NCBI GenBank assembly: GCA_043815505.1
Contig: JBDRIV010000002.1
Coordinates: 116,784-180,783 of the forward strand
Direction: 5' to 3'
Source: a bacterium
GTDB lineage: Bacteria; Patescibacteriota; JABMPQ01; JBDRIV01
Length of the DNA: 64,000 bases
Shown: positions 30,834-40,912 of the stretch, one piece after another
Layout: every line of letters begins with the position of its first letter
Position numbering within the stretch: the stretch's first letter is position 1
Notes under the pieces: model-generated
Seen by the model: the letters and a program-made list of their open reading frames with translations, nothing else
Databases searched by the model: none
What the model was told of the DNA's origin: nothing
Translations under genes and position numbers: made by a program

Positions 30834-31283
30834 TTAGTCTTTAGATAAAACTTTAATTTCTTTTTCAAAACTTTCTACATCCTTAAAATCTTTATAAACA
30901 GAAGCAAAGCGAATATAAGCAACCTGATCTTTTTCTCGGAGTCTGTTCATTACAATTTCTCCAATTCTTTTACTTTTAATTTCATTGCTATCCTCGTTTT
31001 GAATATCATGCTCAATGGTATTTATTAAATTTTGAACCTCATCTTCAGAAAAGGGTCTTTTTTCACAAGCGCGACGAATACCAATTTCTAGCTTTTGTCT
31101 AAGGTATGGTTCGCGATCACCATTTCTTTTTACAACGGCCAGATTCAAAATCTCGATATCTTCAACGGTTGAAAAGCGGGCACCACAATCAAGGCATTCG
31201 CGTCGGCGACGTATAGAAAAATTATTAATTGCTCTGGAATCAATAACCTTGGTTTCACCTTGTTGGCAGGTAGGGCATTTCAT
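30834..31283 (-). CDS. nrdR: transcriptional repressor NrdR
   Basis: MKCPTCQ...C..C Zn-ribbon followed by an ATP-cone. Confidence 0.9.
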   Translation of the reverse strand: MKCPTCQQGETKVIDSRAINNFSIRRRRECLDCGARFSTVEDIEILNLAVVKRNGDREPYLRQKLEIGIRRACEKRPFSEDEVQNLINTIEHDIQNEDSNEIKSKRIGEIVMNRLREKDQVAYIRFASVYKDFKDVESFEKEIKVLSKD

Positions 31284-31358
31284 AAAAGTTATTAAAAATG
31301 CGACTTATTAGCTTAAATATAGTAACAAAGAGGAAGTATTAGTGAACAAAATTATTAT

Positions 31359-31407
31359 ACAACATATAGTAGTCGCAAGTATTATATTATCACAATATAT
31401 AGTGGTG
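31359..31407 (-). promoter_or_regulatory. two putative NrdR boxes about 32 bp apart upstream of nrdR-nrdJ
   Basis: acaacATATAgtagt and cacaATATATagtggtg are imperfect palindromes with an ATATA core, at one-turn-multiple spacing in the nrdR 5' region. Confidence 0.45.
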
Positions 31408-31504
31408 TCAAAAAAGTGTGATGAAGTAATATTTGGCTTATAAAAGCCTAATTGTAAATGGGCAACAAAAAATATGGAAAGTTATCCACATTTTTAATCA
31501 ATTT

Positions 31505-32065
31505 CTACTTACTATTTTCGGATTTTGGCCAATCTTGCAAAACTTTTACCACGGTAATTTCTTTATTTGGAATATGATAAATATTTCCTTCTTGGTCTTC
31601 AATAATGGTTCTTCTTAAATTTAATTCTTTCACAATGCCAGTTTCTTTGGTTACGGTTATAATATCACCTTGACCATATTGATCTTCAATGATTATAAAT
31701 AAACCCGAAATTACATCTTTTACAAGTCCTTGAGCACCAAAGCCTAAAGCTAAACCAGCAATACCGACACCGGCCACTAAAGCACTAATATTAATTGCCA
31801 TTTCTGATAAAACGGTAATTACTACAAAAACTGAAAGTAGAACTTGAGAGCTCTTAACAATCACAGTTGATAAAGTACTGGAACGTTTATCAATTTCTTC
31901 TTCTGGCCTTGTTCCCTTAGCTTTTTTATAAAAGATTTTAAGAAGTCTTTTAGATGACAATCTCACAAAAGCTTGAAGAACTAAAGCGGCAATAATAATT
32001 AGAGCGATTTTTACACCGTGTTCTAAAAACCAGCTGGTTGTATCTGAAAAAATATTATCAAACAT
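31505..32065 (-). CDS. small-conductance mechanosensitive channel (MscS family), short form
   Basis: TM3-like LVAGVGIAGLALGFGAQ...IIEDQYGQGD..V pore-lining and beta-domain motifs. Confidence 0.6.
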   Translation of the reverse strand: MFDNIFSDTTSWFLEHGVKIALIIIAALVLQAFVRLSSKRLLKIFYKKAKGTRPEEEIDKRSSTLSTVIVKSSQVLLSVFVVITVLSEMAINISALVAGVGIAGLALGFGAQGLVKDVISGLFIIIEDQYGQGDIITVTKETGIVKELNLRRTIIEDQEGNIYHIPNKEITVVKVLQDWPKSENSK

Positions 32066-32085
32066 AATTTGATTTTAGCAGATTT

Positions 32086-33612
32086 TTAAATACTGTAAAC
32101 TGCCTCGGCTTTAAAACGATATTGCAAACCTTCAGCCACATGACGTGAATATATTTTCTTACTGTTATCTAAATCAGCAATAGTACGACTAATTTTTATT
32201 AACCGATAATAGGAACGCGCCGATAAAAATAATTTGGCGGCTGCGGTAGTTAGAAGTTGATTAGCTTTTTTGGATAATATACAATGATGGTTAATATCAA
32301 TGGTTTTCATTTCACTATTGGTTGTTAATTTAGATTTGGTGAATCTTTTATTTTGTAAAAGTCTAGTCGTGGCAACTAATTTTTGGATTTCAGCTGATTT
32401 TGTTTCTTTATTCACTTTATTGGCAAGTTGAGTAATTGGAACTTTAGGAACTTCAATAACCATATCAATCCTATCAATTAAAGGACCAGATATTTTCTTG
32501 GAATAAGAAATCATTTGGTGGGGACTACAAACACAATCTTTATCAGGATCGGTAGCATAACCACATGGACAAGGATTTTGCGAAGCAACCAACATAAAAC
32601 TAGCAGGATAGGTGAGTGACATTTGCGCTCGCGAAATATGAACAATGTTATCTTCCAAAGGTTGACGCAGTGCTTCTAAAACGCGTCTTTCAAATTCTGG
32701 AAATTCATCCAGAAATAAAATTCCCCGGTGCGCCAAGGAGATTTCTCCCGGGCGTGGCCAAGAACCACCACCAATAATTGAAACTGAGCTGGCGGAATGA
32801 TGAGGACTGCGAAAAGGAGGTTTGGTAATTAGAGCGTGGTTGTTGGTTAGTAGTCCTGCTACACTGTAAATTTGGGTAACTTCTAACATTTCTTCTTCCG
32901 ATAAGCTTGGTAGAATACTGGGAACGCTTCTGGCCAACATTGTTTTGCCCGAACCTGGTGGTCCAATCATTAAAATGTTGTGACCACCACCAGCAGCGAT
33001 GGTCAAAGCTCGTTTAGCTTGATTTTGCCCTTTAATATGGGCAAAATCTGTTAAGTCATCTTTTGTGTCAATTTCAATTTCCGATTTTTCATAGGGCTCT
33101 ACACTAGAAGATTTCTTCAAATGATCACAAATTTCTTTTAAGGTTTTTGCAGCTATAATATTATGTCCAGAAACCAGACTGGCTTCTCTGGCATTACTTC
33201 GGCAAATAAACAGATTTTTTATTCCCTTATCCTTGCCCATAATAGACATGGATAAAACACCATTTACTGGACGTAAATTACCGTTTAAAGAAAGTTCCGC
33301 CGCAAACAAATTGTCAGATTTGGGCCAGGGAATTTGTTTGGAAGCAGCTAAAATCGATAAAGCAATTGGCAAATCAAAAGCTGGTCCTTGCTTTTTTATG
33401 TCGGCGGGAGCCAAATTTATTGTGATGTGAGTATCAGGAAAACGAAATTTAGAATTTTTGATAGCTGAACGCACTCGCTCTTTAGCTTCTTGCACGGCCG
33501 TATCTCCCAAGCCAACGATTTGAAAAGAGGGAAGTCCTTGTGAGATGTCAGCTTCTACTTTTATAGGATAACTTTCTAAACCAACAGTGGCGGCTGATAA
33601 AATGGTGGGCAT
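32086..33612 (-). CDS. YifB/ComM family Mg-chelatase-like AAA+ ATPase
   Basis: Lon-like N-domain, Walker A MIGPPGSGKTMLA, C-terminal ChlI-like domain. Confidence 0.8.
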   Translation of the reverse strand: MPTILSAATVGLESYPIKVEADISQGLPSFQIVGLGDTAVQEAKERVRSAIKNSKFRFPDTHITINLAPADIKKQGPAFDLPIALSILAASKQIPWPKSDNLFAAELSLNGNLRPVNGVLSMSIMGKDKGIKNLFICRSNAREASLVSGHNIIAAKTLKEICDHLKKSSSVEPYEKSEIEIDTKDDLTDFAHIKGQNQAKRALTIAAGGGHNILMIGPPGSGKTMLARSVPSILPSLSEEEMLEVTQIYSVAGLLTNNHALITKPPFRSPHHSASSVSIIGGGSWPRPGEISLAHRGILFLDEFPEFERRVLEALRQPLEDNIVHISRAQMSLTYPASFMLVASQNPCPCGYATDPDKDCVCSPHQMISYSKKISGPLIDRIDMVIEVPKVPITQLANKVNKETKSAEIQKLVATTRLLQNKRFTKSKLTTNSEMKTIDINHHCILSKKANQLLTTAAAKLFLSARSYYRLIKISRTIADLDNSKKIYSRHVAEGLQYRFKAEAVYSI

Positions 33613-33667
33613 ATGTTTGCAATTAAAAAACTGGGGATGTCCCCCAGCGCACAAGGTTGTTATAAAT

Positions 33668-34135
33668 CTATTTTATTGTCTTTAGTTCGTGAATCAATAA
33701 TAGCACAGCACCATATAAAATTGCAAGATCAGCCAAATTAAAAATAGTAAACCCAGAAATAGTTATGTAATCAATAACTTGTCCATAAACAAAACGATCA
33801 AGTAAATTTGATAAACCACCCGCAAACAATAGCAGAAAAGCGAGTTGAATAGTTTCTGCGACAATTTTCTTTTGCTGTAAAAAATGCCAAAACAAAAGAA
33901 TAAAACCTAAGGGTAGCAAAATTATCATCAAATAAGATGGCAGGGGTAATCCAAAAGCAATACCATCATTCATAAAATATTCTAAATACAAATATTTACC
34001 AAATTGGACAGGGTAAGGAGCAAAATAATTAATGGCCAGTTTCTTGAAAAGCTGATCCAAGATAATTATGAGACTGCCCAAAAATAAAAACACCACTAGA
34101 TATTTAGGCGGTATTTTTAAATTCTTAATTGGCAT
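33668..34135 (-). CDS. lspA: lipoprotein signal peptidase (signal peptidase II)
   Basis: N.G.AFG and FNLADL.I..G motifs, 4 TM. Confidence 0.75.
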   Translation of the reverse strand: MPIKNLKIPPKYLVVFLFLGSLIIILDQLFKKLAINYFAPYPVQFGKYLYLEYFMNDGIAFGLPLPSYLMIILLPLGFILLFWHFLQQKKIVAETIQLAFLLLFAGGLSNLLDRFVYGQVIDYITISGFTIFNLADLAILYGAVLLLIHELKTIK

Positions 34136-34492
34136 TTATTTTTCCAAAGCAAATTTGGCACTAGGAAGAGCGCGCAAGCGATTTTCAGAAATTGGTTTAC
34201 CAGTTTTTAAGCAGATACCATAAGTGTCGTCCTCTATTCTCTTTAAGGCTCCATTAACATCAGCCAAATGAGATTCCAAATTATGTTCAACAGAAAGAGA
34301 AGAATCATAAGAAGCAACCTCAGCGGCGTTGTCTTCTTCTGTGGATCCGTACTCAGGAAAGGAAGTATCATAATCCGATTCTTCATGCTTATCTTTTTTG
34401 GCAAAAGATTCAAGTTGACCTTCCAGTTTTAATTTTTCTTCTTCCAGTTTTTGCTTCATTTCAGAAATGAAGTCGGCGGATAAATGTGACAT
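34136..34492 (-). CDS. DksA/TraR-like coiled-coil protein (zinc finger degenerate)
   Basis: N-terminal coiled coil, C-terminal G.C..TG..I...RL.A.P motif without the Cys4 set. Confidence 0.4.
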   Translation of the reverse strand: MSHLSADFISEMKQKLEEEKLKLEGQLESFAKKDKHEESDYDTSFPEYGSTEEDNAAEVASYDSSLSVEHNLESHLADVNGALKRIEDDTYGICLKTGKPISENRLRALPSAKFALEK

Positions 34493-34559
34493 AGAATTTA
34501 ATTAGTGTATTTATTATAGTCAGAAAGCGAAAATTATACAACATTTAGTAACAAAAAAT

Positions 34560-34760
34560 CCCTGCAACGGGAATGTGTTACAGGGCGCTGATGCGCCCAC
34601 ATAGAAGAAATGGCGTCAGCGCCCTGTGATGGGCTTAAGCTGACTTATTAACCGCTAAAGAATTAGCAGTTCGTAAGATCATCTGTTTAAACCCCAAATA
34701 GGCGCTAAATGGTTTACGACTTAACCTTAGCTTTCCCTGGCCGCCTCAATGGCAGTCACA
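34560..34760. other. GC-rich structured noncoding segment (unassigned RNA or attenuator) in a 670-bp intergenic region
   Basis: Strong hairpin CAGGGCGCTGATGCGCC / GGCGTCAGCGCCCTG (34581-34626). No ORF on either strand; GC well above local average. Confidence 0.3.
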
Positions 34761-35164
34761 TTATTTTGATGTTATGCCTTTTGTTTTTGTTTTTGATGAA
34801 AGTGTCGTTTTCTTTCTAGAAGAGCAGCTTAGGGGATCTAAGCTCAAATGAAGCGCAGATCGCCTAAGCCGGTTTCTTCCAGTGATGAAAGAGTGGCGAG
34901 GGTTTAATATTTTGATATTTGTTTATCAATGAAATGAGCGGTATTTTTCCACTTCTTTATAAACCTTATCATAAAAAAGAGAAAAAGTCAATCATTATAC
35001 CCTTATTCAAGGTAAAAGGTAGACATGGAGAAGATTTTGGCTTAAACACTAGTAAAATGAAAAAACCCATCATAAGGTTTTTGAACAATAGAATTGTTTA
35101 TCCACATGGCAAATTTTATCTTTTGCAACGGATGTCTAACTTATCCACAGAAATAAGTGAAAAG

Positions 35165-36910
35165 TTAGAAGTTTATAGTAATGTCAGACCTTAAAAAATT
35201 ACGAGGTTTTTTAAAAATGGCAGTAATACTATCAAACAAAGAATTATAGTCCGTTAGATCCGTATATTGGAAAACATCACTATTTATATAATTGAAACTC
35301 ACAGGTTTATCGAAAAAGGAAAAACTGTTGGCAATTTCGTTATTGGGTTCATGATTAATAATTGTGTTAACAATGCTTTCGGTGGTGCCAATAATAATAG
35401 TGGTTTCAGACCGAGCAATTGTTATAGCTGATACTCCTGGCTCCGAAATTTTATAAATTGTGAAGCCATTTTCGTTGGCGGTAGTGTATTTTTTATTTTC
35501 ATCTGGCATCAACTCAATTACGCTTGAACCATCCGATAAAGTTGTGCTTATTTCAGTTGGATGCAAGGTGCCATAATACTCGGCAAAATAATTTGTCATC
35601 ACGGTTATATCACTATCTGAAAAATTGTCAGATTTATTAGAAATAGTGGCAATGTCAAAACTATTTTTAGCATTTGGTAAACCAATAACAGCGGTATCAC
35701 TGGTAAATAGTTTTGTAAAAGAGCCTGTAATCTCATTGCTGGCCGAGAAAGAACTTACTAATTCACTAAGTGCTTCATTGTCAGATACGATATTTAAAAC
35801 TTCTGAATTTTGTAACAAATTATTTCCACTAAAAATAAATAAGGAATCAGAGGGGATTAAAGTAAACAGATCTTCATTAATGGCAGATAGTTTTTCATTT
35901 GTTAAAGTTGAAAAAGTAATAGCTAGATTATTATTTGTAGGTGTTATTGTGAAGGCTAATTCTGAAAGTGGTTTTATAAAAGTATCAGATAATAAACTTA
36001 GATTATTGATGTTAAGATCTTTGGTGAGATTAAGATAATGTTCCTCGGCAAATAAATCTTGTGGTTGTAGATAGGAAAATATAAAAGGTTGAGCAGACAA
36101 AGAGCGACGAAGTTTTTTGTAGTTAGAATTATATTTTAAGGAAGTAGCTCGTTCATATTTACTGTCTAACATTTCCTCAATAATTGTACGATCAGTTGAA
36201 AAGAGTAAATAATTTTTATCCAAAGCATAGCTTAAGGAATTGTCTCCCAATTTGGTAATTATAGAAACATTAAGATGAGCATCCGATCTAATACCAGTTT
36301 GTTTAGATTTGGCAGAAATAAAATCTTTACCAGTTTTAGTGTTACTTAGCTTCATTATTATATAAGGATGAATTAATTCATCGGTGCCGTTTTTAGCTTT
36401 CATTAATCCCAAAGCCATTTCATTATCAAGAGAATTTAATATTTCATCATCAACTAATTCAAATTCGCTCAAGGTTTTATCAAGGAGAGCACTGGCAGTG
36501 CCGATGGTATTACTGGCTTTTTCATTCTCAGCTAAATTAGAAACAGTTTGCAGAAAACTCTTATTATCATTTAAATCTGCCCACAGATATAACAAGGAAC
36601 TAGCGGGAGCATAATTTACAGCCTTGTCTTTAATACCAAAAAAATAACTGTATTCCTGCCAAGCTAAAAATAAGGCAAAAATTACGGCGATAACTATAGC
36701 TAAAACACCAATAAGCAAATGTTTTCTTTTAGTCTTGTTTTTATCATTTTCTTCCTTAATATGAAAAACATTAGCTAAAACATTTTGCTTATACTCTTTT
36801 TTGTTCTTAATATCAGCAACTTTTTTACCAATTACAGAATCAGTTTTTTTATTTACAGAGGGAGATTTTGATACTCTTACAGGGACTGAACTTTTATTTT
36901 TGGATGTCAT
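35165..36910 (-). CDS. N-terminally membrane-anchored Ser/Asn/Thr-rich protein, hypothetical (paralogous architecture to the next gene)
   Basis: Basic N-tail, a single TM segment (LLIGVLAIVIAVIFALFLAW), and a large low-complexity ectodomain. Confidence 0.5.
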   Translation of the reverse strand: MTSKNKSSVPVRVSKSPSVNKKTDSVIGKKVADIKNKKEYKQNVLANVFHIKEENDKNKTKRKHLLIGVLAIVIAVIFALFLAWQEYSYFFGIKDKAVNYAPASSLLYLWADLNDNKSFLQTVSNLAENEKASNTIGTASALLDKTLSEFELVDDEILNSLDNEMALGLMKAKNGTDELIHPYIIMKLSNTKTGKDFISAKSKQTGIRSDAHLNVSIITKLGDNSLSYALDKNYLLFSTDRTIIEEMLDSKYERATSLKYNSNYKKLRRSLSAQPFIFSYLQPQDLFAEEHYLNLTKDLNINNLSLLSDTFIKPLSELAFTITPTNNNLAITFSTLTNEKLSAINEDLFTLIPSDSLFIFSGNNLLQNSEVLNIVSDNEALSELVSSFSASNEITGSFTKLFTSDTAVIGLPNAKNSFDIATISNKSDNFSDSDITVMTNYFAEYYGTLHPTEISTTLSDGSSVIELMPDENKKYTTANENGFTIYKISEPGVSAITIARSETTIIIGTTESIVNTIINHEPNNEIANSFSFFDKPVSFNYINSDVFQYTDLTDYNSLFDSITAIFKKPRNFLRSDITINF

Positions 36911-38502
36911 TATTTTGTATTGATTAAGCCTTTAAAGAATGATTTGCTTTTTTTAGGACCAGTAACGCCGGTAACATTTTTAATTTGTTTGTTGTCGACG
37001 TTGACATAGTAAAAAGTATGGATTTCTAAATCAGAAGCACTTTCGAAAGTGGCGTCGGTGTTCTTTTTAAAATCTGTTACTTTTGATAAAGATTCGACTT
37101 TGCCAGTTGTCACATCAATAATGTTTTTAATTCCTTCAATATTGGTGGCTAAAACAATAGTTTCTTGCAAAGGTGTTACATATAAATCCAACAAACCTGC
37201 TTCATAATGAGTTATGGTTGAATCGCCATATTTTATTTCTTCGTTTACAAGTTCAGTTGTTTCTCCTTCAGTAGTTGCAGATTCAGTAATTGCAGAATTG
37301 TTAGATTCAATTATTAAATTAATAATTGCATCCAGAGCATTCATAACTTTGTTTTCATCCTTGCTTTTTACCAGCAATGATACGTCCCAATAATTACTTA
37401 CAGTGGTTAAGAAATAATTGCTAGGAATTGAGACATCCATATTAGGTTTTTCGGTGGCAACAATAGCAAAAGAATCACTAATGTTGTCTATAAAGTCAGC
37501 CTGCAAATCAACTTTCTTAGTTAAAGACAAAATAGTTTGTAAATTTCCAATAGTTTGAGTGGGATCTTCATTGCCAACAAACAAAGGAATAAGAATATTT
37601 ATAATATTTGAACCCTCAAGATATAATTTAGAATTGGCGGGAGCAAATTCTGCTAAATTTATTTTGCTAAGTTTTGGTAAGCCGTTGCCTTCGGGATTAC
37701 TGGCAGGTAAGAAAGCACTGAGTGATAAACCATTGGAATTTTGTGAAAGCATAGCTCCAAACTGCAAAGAAGCATTTACTGTTCCAGTTTCTGGAATTAA
37801 GCTTTCTAAATCAAGAGGTAAACCGAGTGATACGATTGATAGAAAATTTTTGCCGTCGGTTAGCAATGTGGCTAAAGTATCAGCGTTAATTTCTTTTTTG
37901 GTGGATTTGTAAAAATCTGTTTTAGCCAAACTATTTTTTGTAGAAGATGATTGGTCAACAATTTGGCGCACACCATCTATAGATTCTGAAAACACAACGT
38001 AATCCTGCAAATAAGTATAAGCCACATAAAGAGGATTACCGGATTGATAAATGGTGTGGTTATTAAATTCCTCTGTCGAAATATTTTTTAAGCTGGTTTC
38101 GAGGAAATTTTTAGCTCCTTCTTTGTCTTTCATATACATGATAATCGAAAAGACGTCTTTATCAGCACTAATTGGTTGTTTTACAATTGTTAAATTGTCA
38201 CCCAACCAATCATAATTGCTCTCTATTCCACTCAAGGCAAAAGTTGAACCTAAAACCAATTGACCAATATTTCTTTCTAAAATTTCAACGCCTCCATAAT
38301 TAGTTATCAGATTGGTTAAATCCTGATTGTTGCGAGCTTTAGTAAGATCAACTGATAAATAAAGAGTGGTGGTATCTTTTACCAATTCAGCCACATCTTT
38401 GGTACGAAAAAACTGCCAGTAAGCCAAATAAACAACAACCAAAATTACTACCACCATAAAAATGGCAATAATTATGTTTTTAGGAGAACGGTTAGACGTC
38501 AT
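36910..38502 (-). CDS. N-terminally membrane-anchored protein, hypothetical (tandem paralog-like)
   Basis: The MTS start, a single TM segment and a large ectodomain match the downstream neighbour. The stop and start codons overlap. Confidence 0.5.
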   Translation of the reverse strand: MTSNRSPKNIIIAIFMVVVILVVVYLAYWQFFRTKDVAELVKDTTTLYLSVDLTKARNNQDLTNLITNYGGVEILERNIGQLVLGSTFALSGIESNYDWLGDNLTIVKQPISADKDVFSIIMYMKDKEGAKNFLETSLKNISTEEFNNHTIYQSGNPLYVAYTYLQDYVVFSESIDGVRQIVDQSSSTKNSLAKTDFYKSTKKEINADTLATLLTDGKNFLSIVSLGLPLDLESLIPETGTVNASLQFGAMLSQNSNGLSLSAFLPASNPEGNGLPKLSKINLAEFAPANSKLYLEGSNIINILIPLFVGNEDPTQTIGNLQTILSLTKKVDLQADFIDNISDSFAIVATEKPNMDVSIPSNYFLTTVSNYWDVSLLVKSKDENKVMNALDAIINLIIESNNSAITESATTEGETTELVNEEIKYGDSTITHYEAGLLDLYVTPLQETIVLATNIEGIKNIIDVTTGKVESLSKVTDFKKNTDATFESASDLEIHTFYYVNVDNKQIKNVTGVTGPKKSKSFFKGLINTK

Positions 38503-38511
38503 CTTTTTTAA

Positions 38512-40737
38512 TTACTTTTTATTTCGAGGGGAAAAGAATTTTTTCTTGTCTCTTTTAGGAAAATCGCGCTTGTTGTTATCACGCTTGTCCTGATTTTTAT
38601 TGAAGGAATCATTTCTCTCGCGCGGAGCACTATTACGCTCTGGTCGAGGCAGCATGGCGCGACGAGAAAGATTAATACGTTTTTGACTATCAATTTCAAT
38701 TACTTTTACAGTTATTTCGTCGCCAACTTGAACTTCATCCTCAACCTTATTAATGCGCTTATGAGCCATTTCCGAAATGTGAACTAAACCTTCAACTTCA
38801 GGCAGAATTTCTACCATAGCACCGAAATCGAAAATGCGAGTAACTTTACCGGTGAAAATTTCACCCGCCTCAATTTCACGAGTTAAGTTTTTAACAATTT
38901 CTACAGCTTTTGGCACATCAGCTTCGTGCGTTCCGGTAATCATCACTAAACCACTGTCTTCAATGTCTATATCAACACCAGTTTCAGCAATAATCTCGTT
39001 GATTTTCTTACCACCTGGTCCAATTACATCACGGATTTTATCGGGATTGATGGTGAGGGAAACAATTCTCGGAGCAAATTCAGATAAATCTTTGCGAGGT
39101 TTAGCAATGGCTTTTTCCATAACTGCTAGAATTTTCATTCGTCCAGCTTTGGCATCAGCAAATGTTTGCTTAACAATTTCGTCAGTTAGTCCTGAAGTTT
39201 TGGTGTCTAATTGAATGGCGGTAATACCATCTTTAGTACCGGCAATTTTGAAATCCATTCCACCTTCGTTGTCTTCTAAATCTTGCAGGTCAGTTAGAAT
39301 TTGGTATTTTCCTTCGGCGTTGGAAACGAGTCCCATCGCAACTCCAGCCACGTGTTTAGGAATATTAACGCCGGCATCCATTAAGGAAAGTGATGATCCA
39401 CAAACTGCAGCCATGGAAGATGAGCCATTTGATCCCATCACTTCTGTTACCAGTCTTATAGTATAAGGGAATTTTTCTTTTGGTGGAATTAAAGATTCCA
39501 AAGCTTTTTCTGCTAGCGAGCCATGACCAATGTCACGCCTGCTAGGTCCACGCATCGGTTTAACATCAGCCACAGAATAAGGAGGAAAATTGTAATGATG
39601 CATGTAGCGTTTTTTGTATTCTTCTTCCATCTCATCAATTATTTGTTCGTCTCCAGGAGAACCGAGTGTAGTGACGGTTAGAACTTGAGTTTCACCGCGC
39701 ATAAAATAACCAGTACCATGTGTGCGAGGTAAAATTCCCACCTCGGCAGTTAAAGGGCGAATCTCATCCATGGCACGACCACCAATTCTTTTTCCTTCAT
39801 TAAGAATCTTGTCACTTATCATTTGTTCAACCATTTCCAGCAAATATTGTTTAGCTAATACTGCTTTACTTTCGTCTTCAGGAAATTTTTCTTTGACAGT
39901 TTTTGCTACCTCATTGTTTAAGTCATAAACAAGATCCTTACGCTTAAGCTTAGTTTCTCCAAACAAAACTTCTTCAATCTTTTTGCCAGCCAGTTCAGAA
40001 ACTATGTTACAAACTTTTTCATCTTTAGCTGGTGCCGGAACATCCATTTTTTCTTTGCCAATTTCTTTTGTAACTTTGTCAAAGAAATCACACATTTCGC
40101 CTAAATATTTTTTAGAGTAATCGAAAGCTTCAAACATTCCTTCTTCCGAAACTTCCTTAGCTGCGGCTTCAACCATAATGACTTTATCCTTTGTTCCAGC
40201 TAAAACTAGGTCCAAATCACCTTCTGTTCTGTCTGAAAAATTGGGACAGAAAATCATAGTTCCGTCTTTTCTTCCTAGTCGCACAGCACCAAGGGGACCA
40301 TTAAATGGGACATCAGAAATCTGACAAGCTAGGGCGGCAGCTAAAAATCCGGGAACATCTGAATCGTTTTCACCATCAAAAGACAGAACAGTAACAATCA
40401 CTTGGAGATCGCGAGTTATATGTTGAGCAAATAAAGGTCTGAGAGCGCGGTCGATCATGCGTGCAGTTAATACTGCTTCGTCTGATGGGCGACCTTCACG
40501 TTTAATGAAACGTGAACCCTTAATTTTTCCGGCGGCGTACAATTTTTCTTCGTAATCAACCATAAGTGGAAAGTAGTTGGCACTTGTTTCATCACGACTC
40601 ATAACAACTGTAGCTAAAACTACTGTGTCACCAAGTCGGCACACAACTGATCCATTTGTTTGATTGGCAATTTTGCCAATTTCAAAAAAGAAGTTTTTAT
40701 CACCAACTTCCAAAGTGTAATTTTTTATTTCGTTCAT
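38512..40737 (-). CDS. pnp: polyribonucleotide nucleotidyltransferase (PNPase) with an Arg/Lys-rich C-terminal tail
   Basis: Two RNase PH domains, KH and S1 domains. After S1, a roughly 55-aa basic tail (RRAMLPRPERNSAPRERND...RDKKKFFSPRNKK). Confidence 0.9.
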   Translation of the reverse strand: MNEIKNYTLEVGDKNFFFEIGKIANQTNGSVVCRLGDTVVLATVVMSRDETSANYFPLMVDYEEKLYAAGKIKGSRFIKREGRPSDEAVLTARMIDRALRPLFAQHITRDLQVIVTVLSFDGENDSDVPGFLAAALACQISDVPFNGPLGAVRLGRKDGTMIFCPNFSDRTEGDLDLVLAGTKDKVIMVEAAAKEVSEEGMFEAFDYSKKYLGEMCDFFDKVTKEIGKEKMDVPAPAKDEKVCNIVSELAGKKIEEVLFGETKLKRKDLVYDLNNEVAKTVKEKFPEDESKAVLAKQYLLEMVEQMISDKILNEGKRIGGRAMDEIRPLTAEVGILPRTHGTGYFMRGETQVLTVTTLGSPGDEQIIDEMEEEYKKRYMHHYNFPPYSVADVKPMRGPSRRDIGHGSLAEKALESLIPPKEKFPYTIRLVTEVMGSNGSSSMAAVCGSSLSLMDAGVNIPKHVAGVAMGLVSNAEGKYQILTDLQDLEDNEGGMDFKIAGTKDGITAIQLDTKTSGLTDEIVKQTFADAKAGRMKILAVMEKAIAKPRKDLSEFAPRIVSLTINPDKIRDVIGPGGKKINEIIAETGVDIDIEDSGLVMITGTHEADVPKAVEIVKNLTREIEAGEIFTGKVTRIFDFGAMVEILPEVEGLVHISEMAHKRINKVEDEVQVGDEITVKVIEIDSQKRINLSRRAMLPRPERNSAPRERNDSFNKNQDKRDNNKRDFPKRDKKKFFSPRNKK

Positions 40738-40912
40738 AAATATGCTCCTTTACATAGGTGCATAGAACGTGAATTTCAGATATGAAGACTCAAACGAAGC
40801 GCGCTTGCTTAGATAAGTCTTTTATTATCTAACTTCCACATTTATATACACCAGCATTTAATAATTATAATGAACTTTTGTGTTTAGAAGTATAAATCAT
40901 TTATGTTAAGTT

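Noticed and set aside
34550-34900. RNase P RNA, tmRNA, SRP RNA or a riboswitch in the GC-rich intergenic region
   Set aside because: I could not find the RNase P P4 strands (AGGAAAGUCCGGGCUCC / ACAGAACCCGGCUUA; only the reverse complement of a CCGGCUUA-like fragment, in the wrong position), a tmRNA tRNA-like 3' end, SRP GGAA-tetraloop domain IV, or the TPP or B12 boxes. I left it as an unassigned structured region.
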